A stretch of 63,532 bases of DNA, the filler included, from Intoshia linei (lineage: Eukaryota; Animalia; Orthonectida), in assembly GCA_001642005.1 (NCBI GenBank). It is 4 parts of 4 records of this genome, joined end to end, with 100 filler letters (N's around TTAATTAATTAA, not from the genome) between each part and the next. Parts side by side here need not be neighbours in the genome. Positions count along the whole stretch, not along the records: positions 1 to 19,007 come from LWCA01000752.1; positions 19,108 to 37,590 come from LWCA01000774.1; 2 more parts are not named here. One strand, given 5' to 3'. The translations under genes were made by a program, and so were the position numbers. The notes below the pieces were generated by a model. That model was not told where the DNA came from. It made no database searches and saw only the letters and a list, made by a program, of their open reading frames with translations. Below are positions 11,601-23,200 of the stretch, piece after piece. How positions within the stretch are numbered: the stretch's first letter is position 1; each line of letters opens with the position of its first letter.

Positions 11601-14600
11601 TATAAACAAAAATGTTACACCCATCGATTAAGAACGATATTATAACCATAACTACCATAAAAAGTTTTCTCCATATACATACACCCAAGAAATAGAAGAG
11701 AATCAAAGTATGTGAAACAATTTAAGAAGCTTAAGTCATAAACGGTACGTAGCCCACATATGTCATATACACCACGTTTAAGAAGCCTTCAAACAAAACA
11801 AAACAAGTTATCGAAAGATATATAAAAATTTAAAAAAGAATTTTTACATAAATATAAACATAAGGCGAAACTTATTCAGATTGAAATTTTTTGTGTGTGT
11901 TAACTAGTGATTGTGATTTCCCGGGAAATGACAAAAGTCGAGAACCGGGAAATTAAAATTTAAATTTGCCGGTAAAAATAAAATTTTTTTATCATATATA
12001 ATATAGAAGCATTAAAAATTTTAGACACCTTAATTAATTTTAGAAACAAAAAGAAAATTAATTAAATTTGTAATGAAATAACACGAATCTTAAATTGAAA
12101 TTTACAAATTTCTTTCATTTTATGTTGACGTAGGTTGAACGATCATAAAGGCTTCCTTTAATTTTAACAATCTTGATGATAGCGTTCGAGTTCGTAACAA
12201 CTCATAATATTTGTCAAAATAATATTGGAAAAAGAGGATAATTCCCTTAAGTGTTAGTAATTTGTGGATGGAATAAGAGGTTTTTAAAAAAATTATTGGA
12301 AAAAGAATATTTTTCCATTAAAGGCTGAAAATTAGATTTTTTATTTGTGGTTTGATAAAGTAAATTTTTTTCATAAGATTTCGTAAAATCGGATTTTTGA
12401 AAAGAATATCGGTGTAAGTCAATTTTTCCATGATGGCTTGAAATGGTAAATTTTAAATATTATAATATAATCATATTTTCATAGTAATAACAAACATAAA
12501 TCAAATACATGTATGTCTGAATTTTTTTAGGGAAATCCCGGGAAATTTAATTCCCAGAAATTATAAATATCCCGAGAATTTTGTCACGGTTTTTTTCCCG
12601 GCACAATCACTAGTGTTAACAGGATACAACTATACCACCTGTAAATTTTTTTAAATTCTAGGGCTGTTTTCATTAAAAAATTGGGTAATTTGTGGTTTTG
12701 GCCCTAAAGATTTTTTTTTTAAATTTAAATTTATGATTTTAAAATCCGTATGAGAGTATATATTTTTTAAATTAAAGACATTGTTTTCCATAACTGTGCT
12801 AGGTCCCACTGGTATGCTTGACGAAATTTTTGGTGAGGTATCGGCAAATTAATGGGGACTGGGAAATTTACAAATTTATTGGAATTATGAAACCTTTAGA
12901 TTAATATAATGTTAATTTTAGACTTGTATTTATAGCGTCAGTATTTTTAATAGTTTGTTAGTAAAAATATTAAATTGTCAGTTGATATAAGAAATTGTCA
13001 GTATTTTAGGTGCCAGCTGATAAGGTGTCAGTATAAATAATTTATTGTCAGTATTTAAATTGGAAGAACAGTAAAAAAATTATTTTGTCAGTGCTTTAAA
13101 TATATTGTCAGTATTTAACTTAATAACTTAGTAAAACTGAAAAATATGTAATTACACACTAACAAATAAAATACTTCCCTTAATTTTGTATAATACTAGC
13201 TTGACTGTCATGTACTTCGTACAAACAGAAGCTAACTCTGCTGAGGGACGAATTTCTAATTTTAAGATCGATTTTAAAAAAAATCAAAAATTTATGTTAA
13301 CTGTAAATTAAAACGGGTAATTTGTAGTTTTGACCATAAATATGTATGTTTTTGAGGTTGCGATTTACGAATAGTAATGATGTTAAAACGCGTCCATACT
13401 TCATGTTCTTTAAAATTCCAGGACTGATTTTATTATTTAAATAATAATAAAAGTATCATTTGGCTTTTTGATACTGAAGGACTCAATTTCTGAAAATGAA
13501 ATTTTCGACAACATGCTTCTCGAAAAACTGTATGAAAAATTGGGGTTTTTTAATTCTAGGACTTTTAATTTTTTAATTAAACTGTAATAAAAACTTACAT
13601 TACATTTTATATAAGTAAAGGATTTTCATGTATAATACATATCATTAAGAAAATCTTAAGGAATCATCGGTCACAGGGATATCATTCATACATATTATAA
13701 TTAGCTCAACTTTCGACTATAAAAGTTTCCTATTTGTAATATATTAGAAAATTAGTTTTTACTCAAAAATAAAGACTGATATGATAATTATTATTTTTTG
13801 ATTGAACTATTATACCAATCCTAATAATTGAAGTGGGTATGGAATTTTTTAAGAGTGAAAATGGGCCTAGCATTAAAAAAATTGGAAAACACTGCTGTAA
13901 GATGTATCCTCAACTGAATGTTCACCTAAAACTAGACCTTAAGAATTAAGTTAATTAAGATGGGTAATGCTTTATAGCCCATAGCCACCTTTCTACGAAT
14001 AGAAACTGAACAGTTTAATTTGACATATAAAATAGTAATGGTCTTCAAAAACATAATTTTTTTAATTTCTCAATTTGGAAAAATTGACCCAAATAAGGAT
14101 ATCGGTATGTAATGTTTGGCGCTGCTTAGAATACATGGATTGCTAAATAAATGCTTGAATTACTGGTATAAAATCAAATATAGCTTGAGAAAGTTGAGTT
14201 TTTACAGGTTGTATGTCCGACTCCATTAGATTTGTCCTAAGCAATCTGACTCCACAGTTTATATCAAATCCAACACCGCCAGGTGAAACAATAGAATTAG
14301 GGTCATCCATATCAAAAGCAGCCATATTTCCAATTGAGAACCCGTAACCTGCGTGAATGTCCGGTAATCCAATACTTGCCTAATATCAATATAATTAAAA
14401 AGTAACTTATATTGAAAAAAAAGTGTATACATGGAGGTGAGAAAAATGCTAAAAATACCCAAAAAAAATTATGAAGGTTCTTGAAAGAATCAGTGAATCC
14501 AAAAAATTATGTGAAAATATTAAAAAAATGTATTTTTAATTATTATTGGTAGCAAGAGCCTTTTTTCTGGTAATTTAAATTTATATAATTAAAAAAATTA

Positions 14601-15645
14601 TTTTATTTGCTAAAAATTTGTGACTTTATTGGTTTGTAACCATTCATTTAAAAAACTAACAGACCCATAACTTTAAAGAGCATAAATTCAAAATCAGGTT
14701 TTTCTACCCCAGAAAATTAGATAAAATTTACTCTTAGAAATTTGCACCTTCATGGTCAAACCACAACAAATAATAATATATATTTTATCAAAAATACAAT
14801 CTCAATTAATACAAAATATATAGAAAAATTTTGATCATAGATACTATATAAAATTAAAATTATACTCCAACAATACCAGGTAATGCTGCTACATTAGCGA
14901 CTTGCTTCATTCCTGGTAAAAATCCAACATTCCCTCCTGAATAATTGCAAGATCTTCTTAATTCCTCAAACATAATTTTTTCCAATGCTTCATTTACATA
15001 TAATCTTCCTTCAACCTAAATAGTAGTAATAATATACTATGTATCATAGGCTGGTAAAATATCACAATTATATTCCTTCTGCAAAAAATAGAAACAAACC
15101 GGATGACCATAATGAAAATTTTCGCTCTAACACTCGTTATAAAATTTGTATACAACAAGATCAAACCGAAACCCAGAATCAGCAACGTAATAAGAAATAA
15201 TCGCATACGATGACATCGAAAATAATGACCATCACGATTAATATTGTCACAACACAATTAATATCAGACTTGACCGAAAACGTTTTAAAGTTGTGAAACC
15301 TAAACTTCAGAGGCAGCAGCGTATTGCAGGCATTGGTCGGAACTACGCAAGGTACTGGGGAATCTACGTTCAATCAATAAAAGGAAAAACGAGAATCCCA
15401 CACAGTCGATAGACATATCATTAAATCTACAGAATATAAAGAAATATTTTGTATAGTTGTGTAATATGAATTGTATATATAAAATAAGGTGACAAATATA
15501 TAATCTAACATACTCTATATTCCAATTATCTGTTCTACAATAACTACATTACCTTCATATTCGGTACAAAACCTTTAGATATACTCCACGTACAATCTCC
15601 TGTTTTGTGAAGAAATTTTTTTTCTTCTTCAAATGTTCTACCCAT
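8657..15645 (-). CDS. RTCB: tRNA-splicing ligase RtcB, complete 7-exon gene, 506 aa
   Basis: Exons 15645-15553, 15015-14866, 14379-14164, 11029-10196, 10161-10042, 8804-8762 and 8721-8657 total 1521 nt, all GT-AG. Motifs include [59 protein letters not shown] and the C-terminus [10 protein letters not shown]. Confidence 0.97.
11905..12612. mobile_element. hAT-type MITE with 8-bp TSD, nested in a Helitron copy inside RTCB intron 3
   Basis: Perfect 11-bp TIR TAGTGATTGTG / CACAATCACTA. GTGTTAAC is duplicated at 11897-11904 and 12613-12620. The flanks rejoin into Helitron family A sequence. Confidence 0.85.
12935..13115. repeat. Degenerate ~20-nt tandem repeat with TTGTCAGTA core
   Basis: The TGTCAGT core recurs near 12975, 12995, 13026, 13046, 13086 and 13106. 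Confidence 0.6.
13196..13622 (-). mobile_element. Short non-autonomous Helitron-like element (variant subfamily)
   Basis: On the minus strand it reads A|TCCTTTACTTAT ... CTGTTTGTACGAAGTACATGACAG hairpin ... CTAG|T. Confidence 0.7.
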
Positions 15646-15724
15646 GAAAATAAATAAATGTTTATTTCAATTGTTGTTATCTTGATAAAATAAATGAAAT
15701 TATGAGAAAAAATTAAAAAAGTAA

Positions 15725-17498
15725 ATGCTGTTACACCATATTTTGTATACTGTTTATAAATGGGGTAGTTTTTGTACTATACCCATACTCGCATTGGACG
15801 TGTATGTAATTATTTATTATGTTAAATACATTTTTGGATTTTTGGTTCATTCCAAAACTCAAGAAAATCTAATGCGTCCTTTGGTATCTAATTTTACTTT
15901 TACTGTTTAATTTATATTTAGATTCCTGGATACAATGTCACTGGAGTCAATATTTTGTATTTCATTTTTTCAGTGGTAATTTCCTCTATATTTCACGAAT
16001 TTGGACATTATTTTTGTGCTAAGATGTAAATTTACAAATTTATTATCATTGTACATTGTAATTGATTTATTTTATTTATTGGGTTTAGTTTGTCTATAAA
16101 GGTTTACAAAATCAAATTTGGCCTTTATTATGTTATTCCTTACATGTTTGTTCAAGTCGATAATCACTCTTTGAGTATACAACCGTTTTTTAATAAATAC
16201 ATGTTTTATGCTTCCGGTATATTCCACAATATTCTCCTGACGTTTTTTGCGATATTATTTACTTTATCTAATCAATACATTATTTACATTTCCTCAACCA
16301 ATTCAGTCATGATTTATCAAATAAAAAATGTAATTTTTATTTAAAGGTAATTCCATATATGATGTCAAAACATTTGTTAAATGACGTCACTAATCGAAAA
16401 TAGAAATGATCTCATTACAAATTAAGTTTTATTAGACCTTTACTCCTTAAAGACACCAGAGAAATAAAAAACACATAAACTTTTTTATCTTTCCACCCTG
16501 TATTCATTTTTAAAATTTTTTTTTAATATCTTTAATTAGTCAAATTTATAAATATTAACCTTAGATTTATCTTAGACTGTGACTTCATGTATGGGGTTGA
16601 CTGTAATATAGTATATATAGTTACTATATACAATGTATATTATACATGTATTAGAGTTTGTACGGACGCATTCTCCAATTCTTTCTCCGTGTCCGTCAAA
16701 AATTGTCAATATCCCTTCACACCTAAATTTTTTATTTGATTTTCTTGACATTTGATACATAAAAATAATCTCCTATTTTCGATTTATTTACAGAAAATTT
16801 AATTATTATATTAATAGATAATATAGATAATTAATTAATAATAGATGATAATTATAGATAGACATTAACGATTATCATCAATTCAACAAACCAAATTTCA
16901 ATCATTATTTTTCCCGTCCTAGCCAGGCATGTGGACCTGACAGGGTCACGGGTTTATTTGTTCCATGACTCTAAAATGTACATTGTACATCTATTTACAA
17001 GTTAATTTTACAATTTTCATTTAATTAGTATTTTAGACAGCTTATTCATCAGATACATATGGATTCAAACCTTTTGATATAATTTACAATATCAATTGTC
17101 AAACTATTAATTTTCAAAATCTCACTAATTATTTACTAGATAATCTTAATCATCCAACAGGTTTTTGTTTATCGGAAACTGCTACACAATTAGTGTAAGA
17201 TTATTTATTTCACAAATTAATATAATTTAAATATATTTTAGTTGCCAACAAAATGATTCAGATTGCAAAAAATTTAAAAATGCACAAATTAATAACCAAA
17301 GTGTATTTTTAAACGTGCGAAATGTTATGGAATCGAATTGTTGTCAAAATGATAAAGATTGCAATAGTTTAGAGGACGATAATTTTGAGGGGAAAAAATG
17401 TTTTTTCCCCGAATCTTCTGCGGTTATGGCTAAAATTAAAATTAAAAAAAGTCAACATTATCGTATTGTCGCTGACATGAAAGATTTTATCGACAATG
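15725..17498 (+). CDS. MBTPS2: Site-2 protease (M50 metalloprotease); start uncertain, last exon(s) missing
   Basis: Exons 15725-15883, 15922-16025, 16089-16329, 17037-17194 and 17242-17498 splice in frame. Motifs IPGYNV...IFHEFGH (HExxH), FYASGIFHNILL (cf. IFCAGIWHNFVL) and a Cys-rich PDZ-like region. The NxxPxxxLDG exon was not found before the gap. Confidence 0.85.
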
Positions 17499-17699
17499 GT
17501 TTATTTTATCTATATTATTATTTTTTTCTATTTATTTATATTTATTTATCTATTATTATTCATTTATTACATGATGTATGTCAGTGATTCACAACCTTTT
17601 TTTGCCGTCGACCACAATTGTATCACAATTTGAGCGGTAGTAACAAAAATTCAACTTGAAAAACTGTAAAATGAAAATGTCTAATGAAAGTGTTTGTTT

Positions 17700-18480
17700 G
17701 TTCCAGTTTATTTAAGTCAAGTTTAGTTAAGTCAGGGGAGTCGAGTTTTACAAATTCCATATTCTTATAACCGTTTTTCCAGAGTGTTGTTTTATCGCAA
17801 ATTTCAATATCAGAAATTGAGTCCTTCAAGGTTAAAAACTCAATTGTCCTTTGTTTTTAAATTCAAATTCGTCCTAGAGTTATAAAAATTTCATATTATA
17901 ATGAAAAGTTTTAAATTATCAATATTAGGATAATTTTGAATTTCAAAATCTTATATCTTCACTGCCAAAATCACAAATTACCCTTTTTTGTAAAAATTAA
18001 GAAAGTTTTATAATTATATACAACATTTTAGAATGGTTTTGAAATTCATCAGCATTATCATGAATGGTAAGCTCAAAAAAGGTCATTTTCACGGTCAAAA
18101 ACCCAGATTACCTTTTTTTAAATGAAAAAAACCCTAGAATTTTAAAAAAAATTCACATGATACAGTTATATCCAGTTAACACACATAAAAAAGTTCAATC
18201 TGATTAAGTGACGCCTTCATGGTCAAAAAAGCACTTTAATATTTATTTTTTTACTTCGAAACTATTTTATTAAAATAAAAAAATTTAAATAATTAACGGT
18301 CGCTAATTAAAAAAAAGAGATTATTCTGATACAACTCTTTCCAGTTGATATAAATACAAAATTTTAACACCAGAAATCTACGCATTCTCGGTGAAAAATA
18401 ATTTTTAATATATTATCAACCAATATTGATCCTACAATTTCAAAAAAAATATGCATTGAACGTCTACATATTTCCAAAAG
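17700..18480 (+). mobile_element. Helitron-family derived repeat (composite, degenerate)
   Basis: Shares blocks with 4420-4700 and with family A copies (GACGCCTTCATGGTCAAAAAAGCA, GAAATCTACGCATTC). Confidence 0.6.
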
Positions 18481-18714
18481 TAATAATTACTTCAAGGGCA
18501 ATTATAGTCACAAATGGATAGATATTAAGCATACTACACCAAAAACCACCAATTATCACATTTAAAGCTATCATAGTCATATATAATATATTTCCCAAAG
18601 GACCACTAGAAAAATCAAAGGACTATGTAAATTTTATTCTATTTGGGGGCCAAAGTAAATTATAGGGCCAATAAAAAATTTTATATATATTTTAATGTAT
18701 TCATATATAGTTTA

Positions 18715-19007
18715 TTTCGAATACATCAATTCTCTTGTAGTTTTATTTAATGACTCACAAATCAGATATTCCTCCTTAATGTTATCATTCAAAACATATC
18801 TTGAAAACACATCAGTAGATGCGTCCAATTGTAAACTAAATTTTACTAGGCTTTTTCGAAGTTCATCCATAACTTGAAGTTCGATAACTTCTGCTAAATT
18901 TTTAATTATTTTACAAAGGAATTGATTTAAGTGCCCATTTTTGTTTTTCGCACAGTAGAAGTTTTGAAATGTTAAGAGTACAGGGTTTGATCAACGTTTC
19001 CGATGGT
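18715..19007 (-). pseudogene. hAT Buster/Charlie (ZBED5/SCAND3-like) transposase relic
   Basis: Minus-strand translation with frameshifts and a stop: TI(G)ETLIKPC...LKSIPL*NN / IKNLAEVIELQVMDELRKSLVKFSLQLDASTDV..RYV...IKEEYLICESLNKTT. This matches the HTIGExLIKP, IPLSNN, FSLQLDESTD and EEFLFC motifs of this family. Confidence 0.8.
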
Positions 19008-19107
19008 NNNNNNNNNNNNNNNNNNNNNNNNNNNNNNNNNNNNNNNNNNNNTTAATTAATTAANNNNNNNNNNNNNNNNNNNNNNNNNNNNNNNNNNNNN
19101 NNNNNNN
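19008..19107. other. Synthetic contig spacer (44 N + TTAATTAATTAA + 44 N)
   Basis: The same 100-nt structure occurs three times. The 12-mer puts stop codons in all six frames. Confidence 0.95.
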
Positions 19108-19420
19108 AAACGTATCAACAATCTCCTCTCTGGCATGTAAAACATGTGGACGTCCTGATCTATTTCTATTTTTGAGAGGAATACCATTTTTATGTTTTTT
19201 TAATATTTCCTGCACATCTCGATATTGAGAGCTTTCGGGCGATTTTTGTCTGCAGGTAACCTTTTTTGTAAAAATCGACTATTAATTTCCTTTTTTCTAT
19301 GCTAATTTGTGGCATCTGTAGTGTCTAATATTCTTATAACTATAATAAAAATTATTTGCATACCAATGAAGAATAAACGGTTCAAAATAGCAAGTGCCTA
19401 AAACTTTTGTACGGTGAATA
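19108..19420 (-). mobile_element. Tc1-like transposon 5' end (TIR plus frameshifted N-terminal HTH)
   Basis: Terminus TATTCACCGTACAAAAGTTTTAGGCAC. From ATG at 19315: MPQISIEKRKLIVDFYKKGYLQTKIARKLSISRC / VQEILKKHKNGIPLKNRNRSGRP, a paired-like HTH followed by the GRP motif. Confidence 0.75.
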
Positions 19421-20207
19421 TGGACGATATTTATTAAATTATTGATACAATGTTGTTGTTCAGGTAATAATTAATTAAAAATGATGGAATGTGATGACTT
19501 GTTTTTTTACAATATTTATAGTCAAAAAAATCATGAAAAAACGTTGTCATTTAGGAACCAGAACATTTTATCTAATATGCCTAAAAATTTTGCACGGGTC
19601 TGTATTGTTTTTACTTTTACATTGTTTATTGAGTATTCAAAATATTCATTTATATTTAGTCTTTATGGAAAATAGATATTAAATTAGATGGAGTTAAACA
19701 CAAAATAATTATTATTGCTGAAATATCATTTTTTTTATTTTTTTCAATAATTTAAATATAAAATTTATTATAGGCCTCTAAAAAAGAGCTGTGGACCCGC
19801 TGAGAATGGTTGATTTATTATGTTTAAATGCATATTTTAAAATTATATATTTTGCATTTACTATTATATTGTAACTCACATTATTTAACGTAAGTATATT
19901 ATCATTATTATTAATACGATCAGATCTATATAGCTTTCAAAAATGATCTCAACCTTAAACTAAATTATATTAAAATTTGTAATTCAACATTTTTACACAT
20001 TCCCTAATATTTGTATGGAACCAAGATATACAAATGATTTATTCTATGAATATACTTTAATTCAATAGTTCTTAATTTTTTTTGGTGTGCATTATCAAAA
20101 TTTAATGAAAAAATGCATCTTAAAGTCAAAATTATTGAATGATTTTTACAAATCTCAAAATTTTGCGTCATCTGAGGTATGGGTCACTCATATTGATAAT
20201 ATTGATT

Positions 20208-23200
20208 TCACTTGTTAAATATAATGTATACGTTGTAATTGAGTAGTTTAGAACACACGGTGAGGATTATTTCAATGTTACTATTTATGGCCAATCGATT
20301 TATATTCGAATTATCAGATGGTTCAAATAAGAAGACGTGTTGATTTGAAAATTGTAGTATACTCATCAGATACAATAGACATTCAAATTGGTTATCATTT
20401 AAAATGAACATATTCATTTTGTATTTATATATATTCTTTTTATATATTTTAGAACATATATCAATTATCATTTGTTGAATTCGGATTTTATTGTTTTGAT
20501 TTACGCAAATGTAAAAAACTAAAAATAAATATTTATTTTATAGAAAATACCTTTATCTATTTGGTGTGATTTTTCTAAGCTATGTATCCATTTTGTTATA
20601 ATATAATTATTGGACTAAATTATATTATTAATGAGTTACGGCGATCTTACTTTCAAATTAACCATCTCAGAATTAAATTTCAAAGAAATTCGTTCATTTA
20701 AATCTAAATATAATTATATAATCAACAGTATCCTTTTCCGGTTCCTAGTTCCTCCATATATGGATAAAATAATTATATACTAAGATACCCTCGTAAGTGT
20801 TAAAAATAATTAATTTCGAATACAAGAATTTTTCCAGGTGTAATAGTGTAAACCAGGGGTTCCCACACTTTTTTCAAGGCGGATCAATAATAAATTATAA
20901 ATTTTCTCGCGGAAAATTAAATCTAAATTACTAGGCAACATTAAACAAATTTTGATAAAAAATGTAATAAATTGACTTCTAATTAGTAAGAATTATTTAG
21001 CGGACCGGCATTTTGAAAAAGTTGGTGTAAACTGTACAGTAAGGAGTCTCATAAAAAATGAATAATCATATTTTTGAACTTCCATAGCTATATTAGTCAT
21101 TAAATATAAAAAAATAATAGTTCCAGGATATGAATAGTATTCATATTATTTCAATGAATATTGAAGATAGCTTGGGCAGTTATGAAAATCATAATATTCG
21201 TATTATAACTTAAAATTATACACATATTACTAGTTTAGGGTTATACTGTTTTGAATTTCTGATTTAATCGAGGTTTTCTTTTTATTAATGCTATATTTGT
21301 GTAATGCGCGTTCTGCTATATAATTACGAGCCCATGCTTTATCAATAACTTCAAGATTTTGATTGGATTATGTGTCATATCCTTTACATTTATCTTGAGC
21401 TTATGTACCAAAGCGGTCAAATTTTCGTTGAATTTTAAAATTTTCCATTATTCCATAGTTTATGGCAGTATTCTGGGTCGTAGGAGCGTCAATCAAACTT
21501 TATTTCAAAAAAGGAAATATTTTTGTCATTGACTATACATAATTGTGGTTAATAATTAATTAACATCATATAATCAATAGTAAAACTATAAATGGTCAGG
21601 ATAACTGAACCGTTGGGAATTGGTCAAAAATATTTTACAATACATATATTTTAGAGATACTATAATTTTAAACCCTAAGGATATTTTACAACGACCCATG
21701 AGAAACCTTACTGTACAGTGTAAATTTTATAATATACTAATTGATAAATTAAAATTTGAATTCGTTTTGAATTTGAAAAATACATTATTTTCTGTATTTC
21801 TAACTTCTCAGAAATTGTTCCCAATTCCTCTTAGACGATAAATCCGATTGATAAACCACATATAATAGTAAATTACCTTTAACGATTGGAATCGGTAGCT
21901 AAATACTATGATTATAATCATTTAAACAGAAAATATATAAACTTGTCAAAATTATATAATTTAAAAAATAATATACAATAATACATTACTTCTGGATCAT
22001 ATGATACTTTTGTTTTATTTTTAAAAAAAGAGTACAGAGAATCTTTAAATACGAGACGATCTAAAAAAGTTTTATTTTCATTTTGAATTTGTGTACCCTT
22101 TTCTTCCGCCAATTGAGAATAAATGTATGTTTTCAAATAAAATATATAATACTGAATAACATTTTCTACAATGATTAAATCATTATTTGCATCTAAGCAA
22201 AAGTATTTAAGAATTATAAAAAAAATACATTGAAAGTTAATATGTAAAGGATAGTAGGTCATATTTTTAAGTAGCTTGTGGAGAAGCGAAACATTTATAT
22301 ATTCATAGTTTGTGCACTTCCGTTGGTTCAATTTATTAATAATGCCTATGGACGAATCCAATATAAACTAATAATGTTTATATTATGTATATTCATAAAA
22401 AATATTACTAACCTTCACAAAATTAAAATTAATGGAATTGTTTTTCACATTAGAAGGTATTAATTGTGAGATTTTAATTGAATAAATTGCATAAAAATCA
22501 GAATCCTCTAATTTTCCATTCATTAATAATACACATTTATGCATAAGCCTTGAAAACTCATTTTTCCAATTTGGCGTAGCATTTAATCCACGAATGTATT
22601 CATCGTATTCATAGGTTATACAGTATTTCGTATTATGCATATCCAATTTGTTCAATGTATCGTGATTTTCTATAATAGATGATTCAATCATAGATCGTAT
22701 TGAATTTAAAGTGAAACATTCTGTATCTATTAATTAAAATAGATATATAGTTAAATGAGAGTAATTTTTAACGTGTCATTTTTACTAAATTTTTAAGTTA
22801 CTATTAGAAAAAATATGTGACCATTTTAGAAAAAGGTTGAGACATTGTGATAAGGTGTCCCATTTGCACACTTGTATAAAAAGATTGAAAACTATTCATT
22901 CTATCATTATTCATATCAGCATAAAGGAATATATTTATTACAGCATATATTTGAAGGAGTAGTTCCTAAACTTGTTTCAGGCGGAACCGTCATATCATAT
23001 TACTTTTTACTTTAAAGTGAATTATTCCATCTTAATTTTTTTTGTTAACATTTGCATAAAGAATTTTAAAAACAGTTTTTATCCTATTTTTTAATTTATT
23101 GGACAGAATGTGTATATAATATTAAAAATAAAGTAAAAACAGTCCAATCCTATAAATTGTCATAAATAGTATAAATTCCAGAAAAAACAAAATTATAAAA

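Noticed and set aside
12935-13115. CRISPR-like repeat-spacer array
   Set aside because: The repeats are short and degenerate, the spacers are too short, there are no cas genes, and the context is a eukaryotic intron.
16910-16975. GC-rich patch as a tRNA or snoRNA
   Set aside because: No cloverleaf, T-loop or paired C/D or H/ACA boxes could be identified by eye.
19052-19063. TTAATTAATTAA palindrome as a biological motif
   Set aside because: It sits exactly in the centre of N runs three times and is a six-frame-stop assembly linker.
19650-19760. KLDGV segment as the missing last MBTPS2 exon
   Set aside because: It lacks the NxxP part of NxxPxxxLDG and lies beyond an artificial contig join.
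21240-21500. Coding-like stretch on the minus strand within a dynein intron
   Set aside because: It has in-frame stops and no recognisable motif, so it cannot be assigned.
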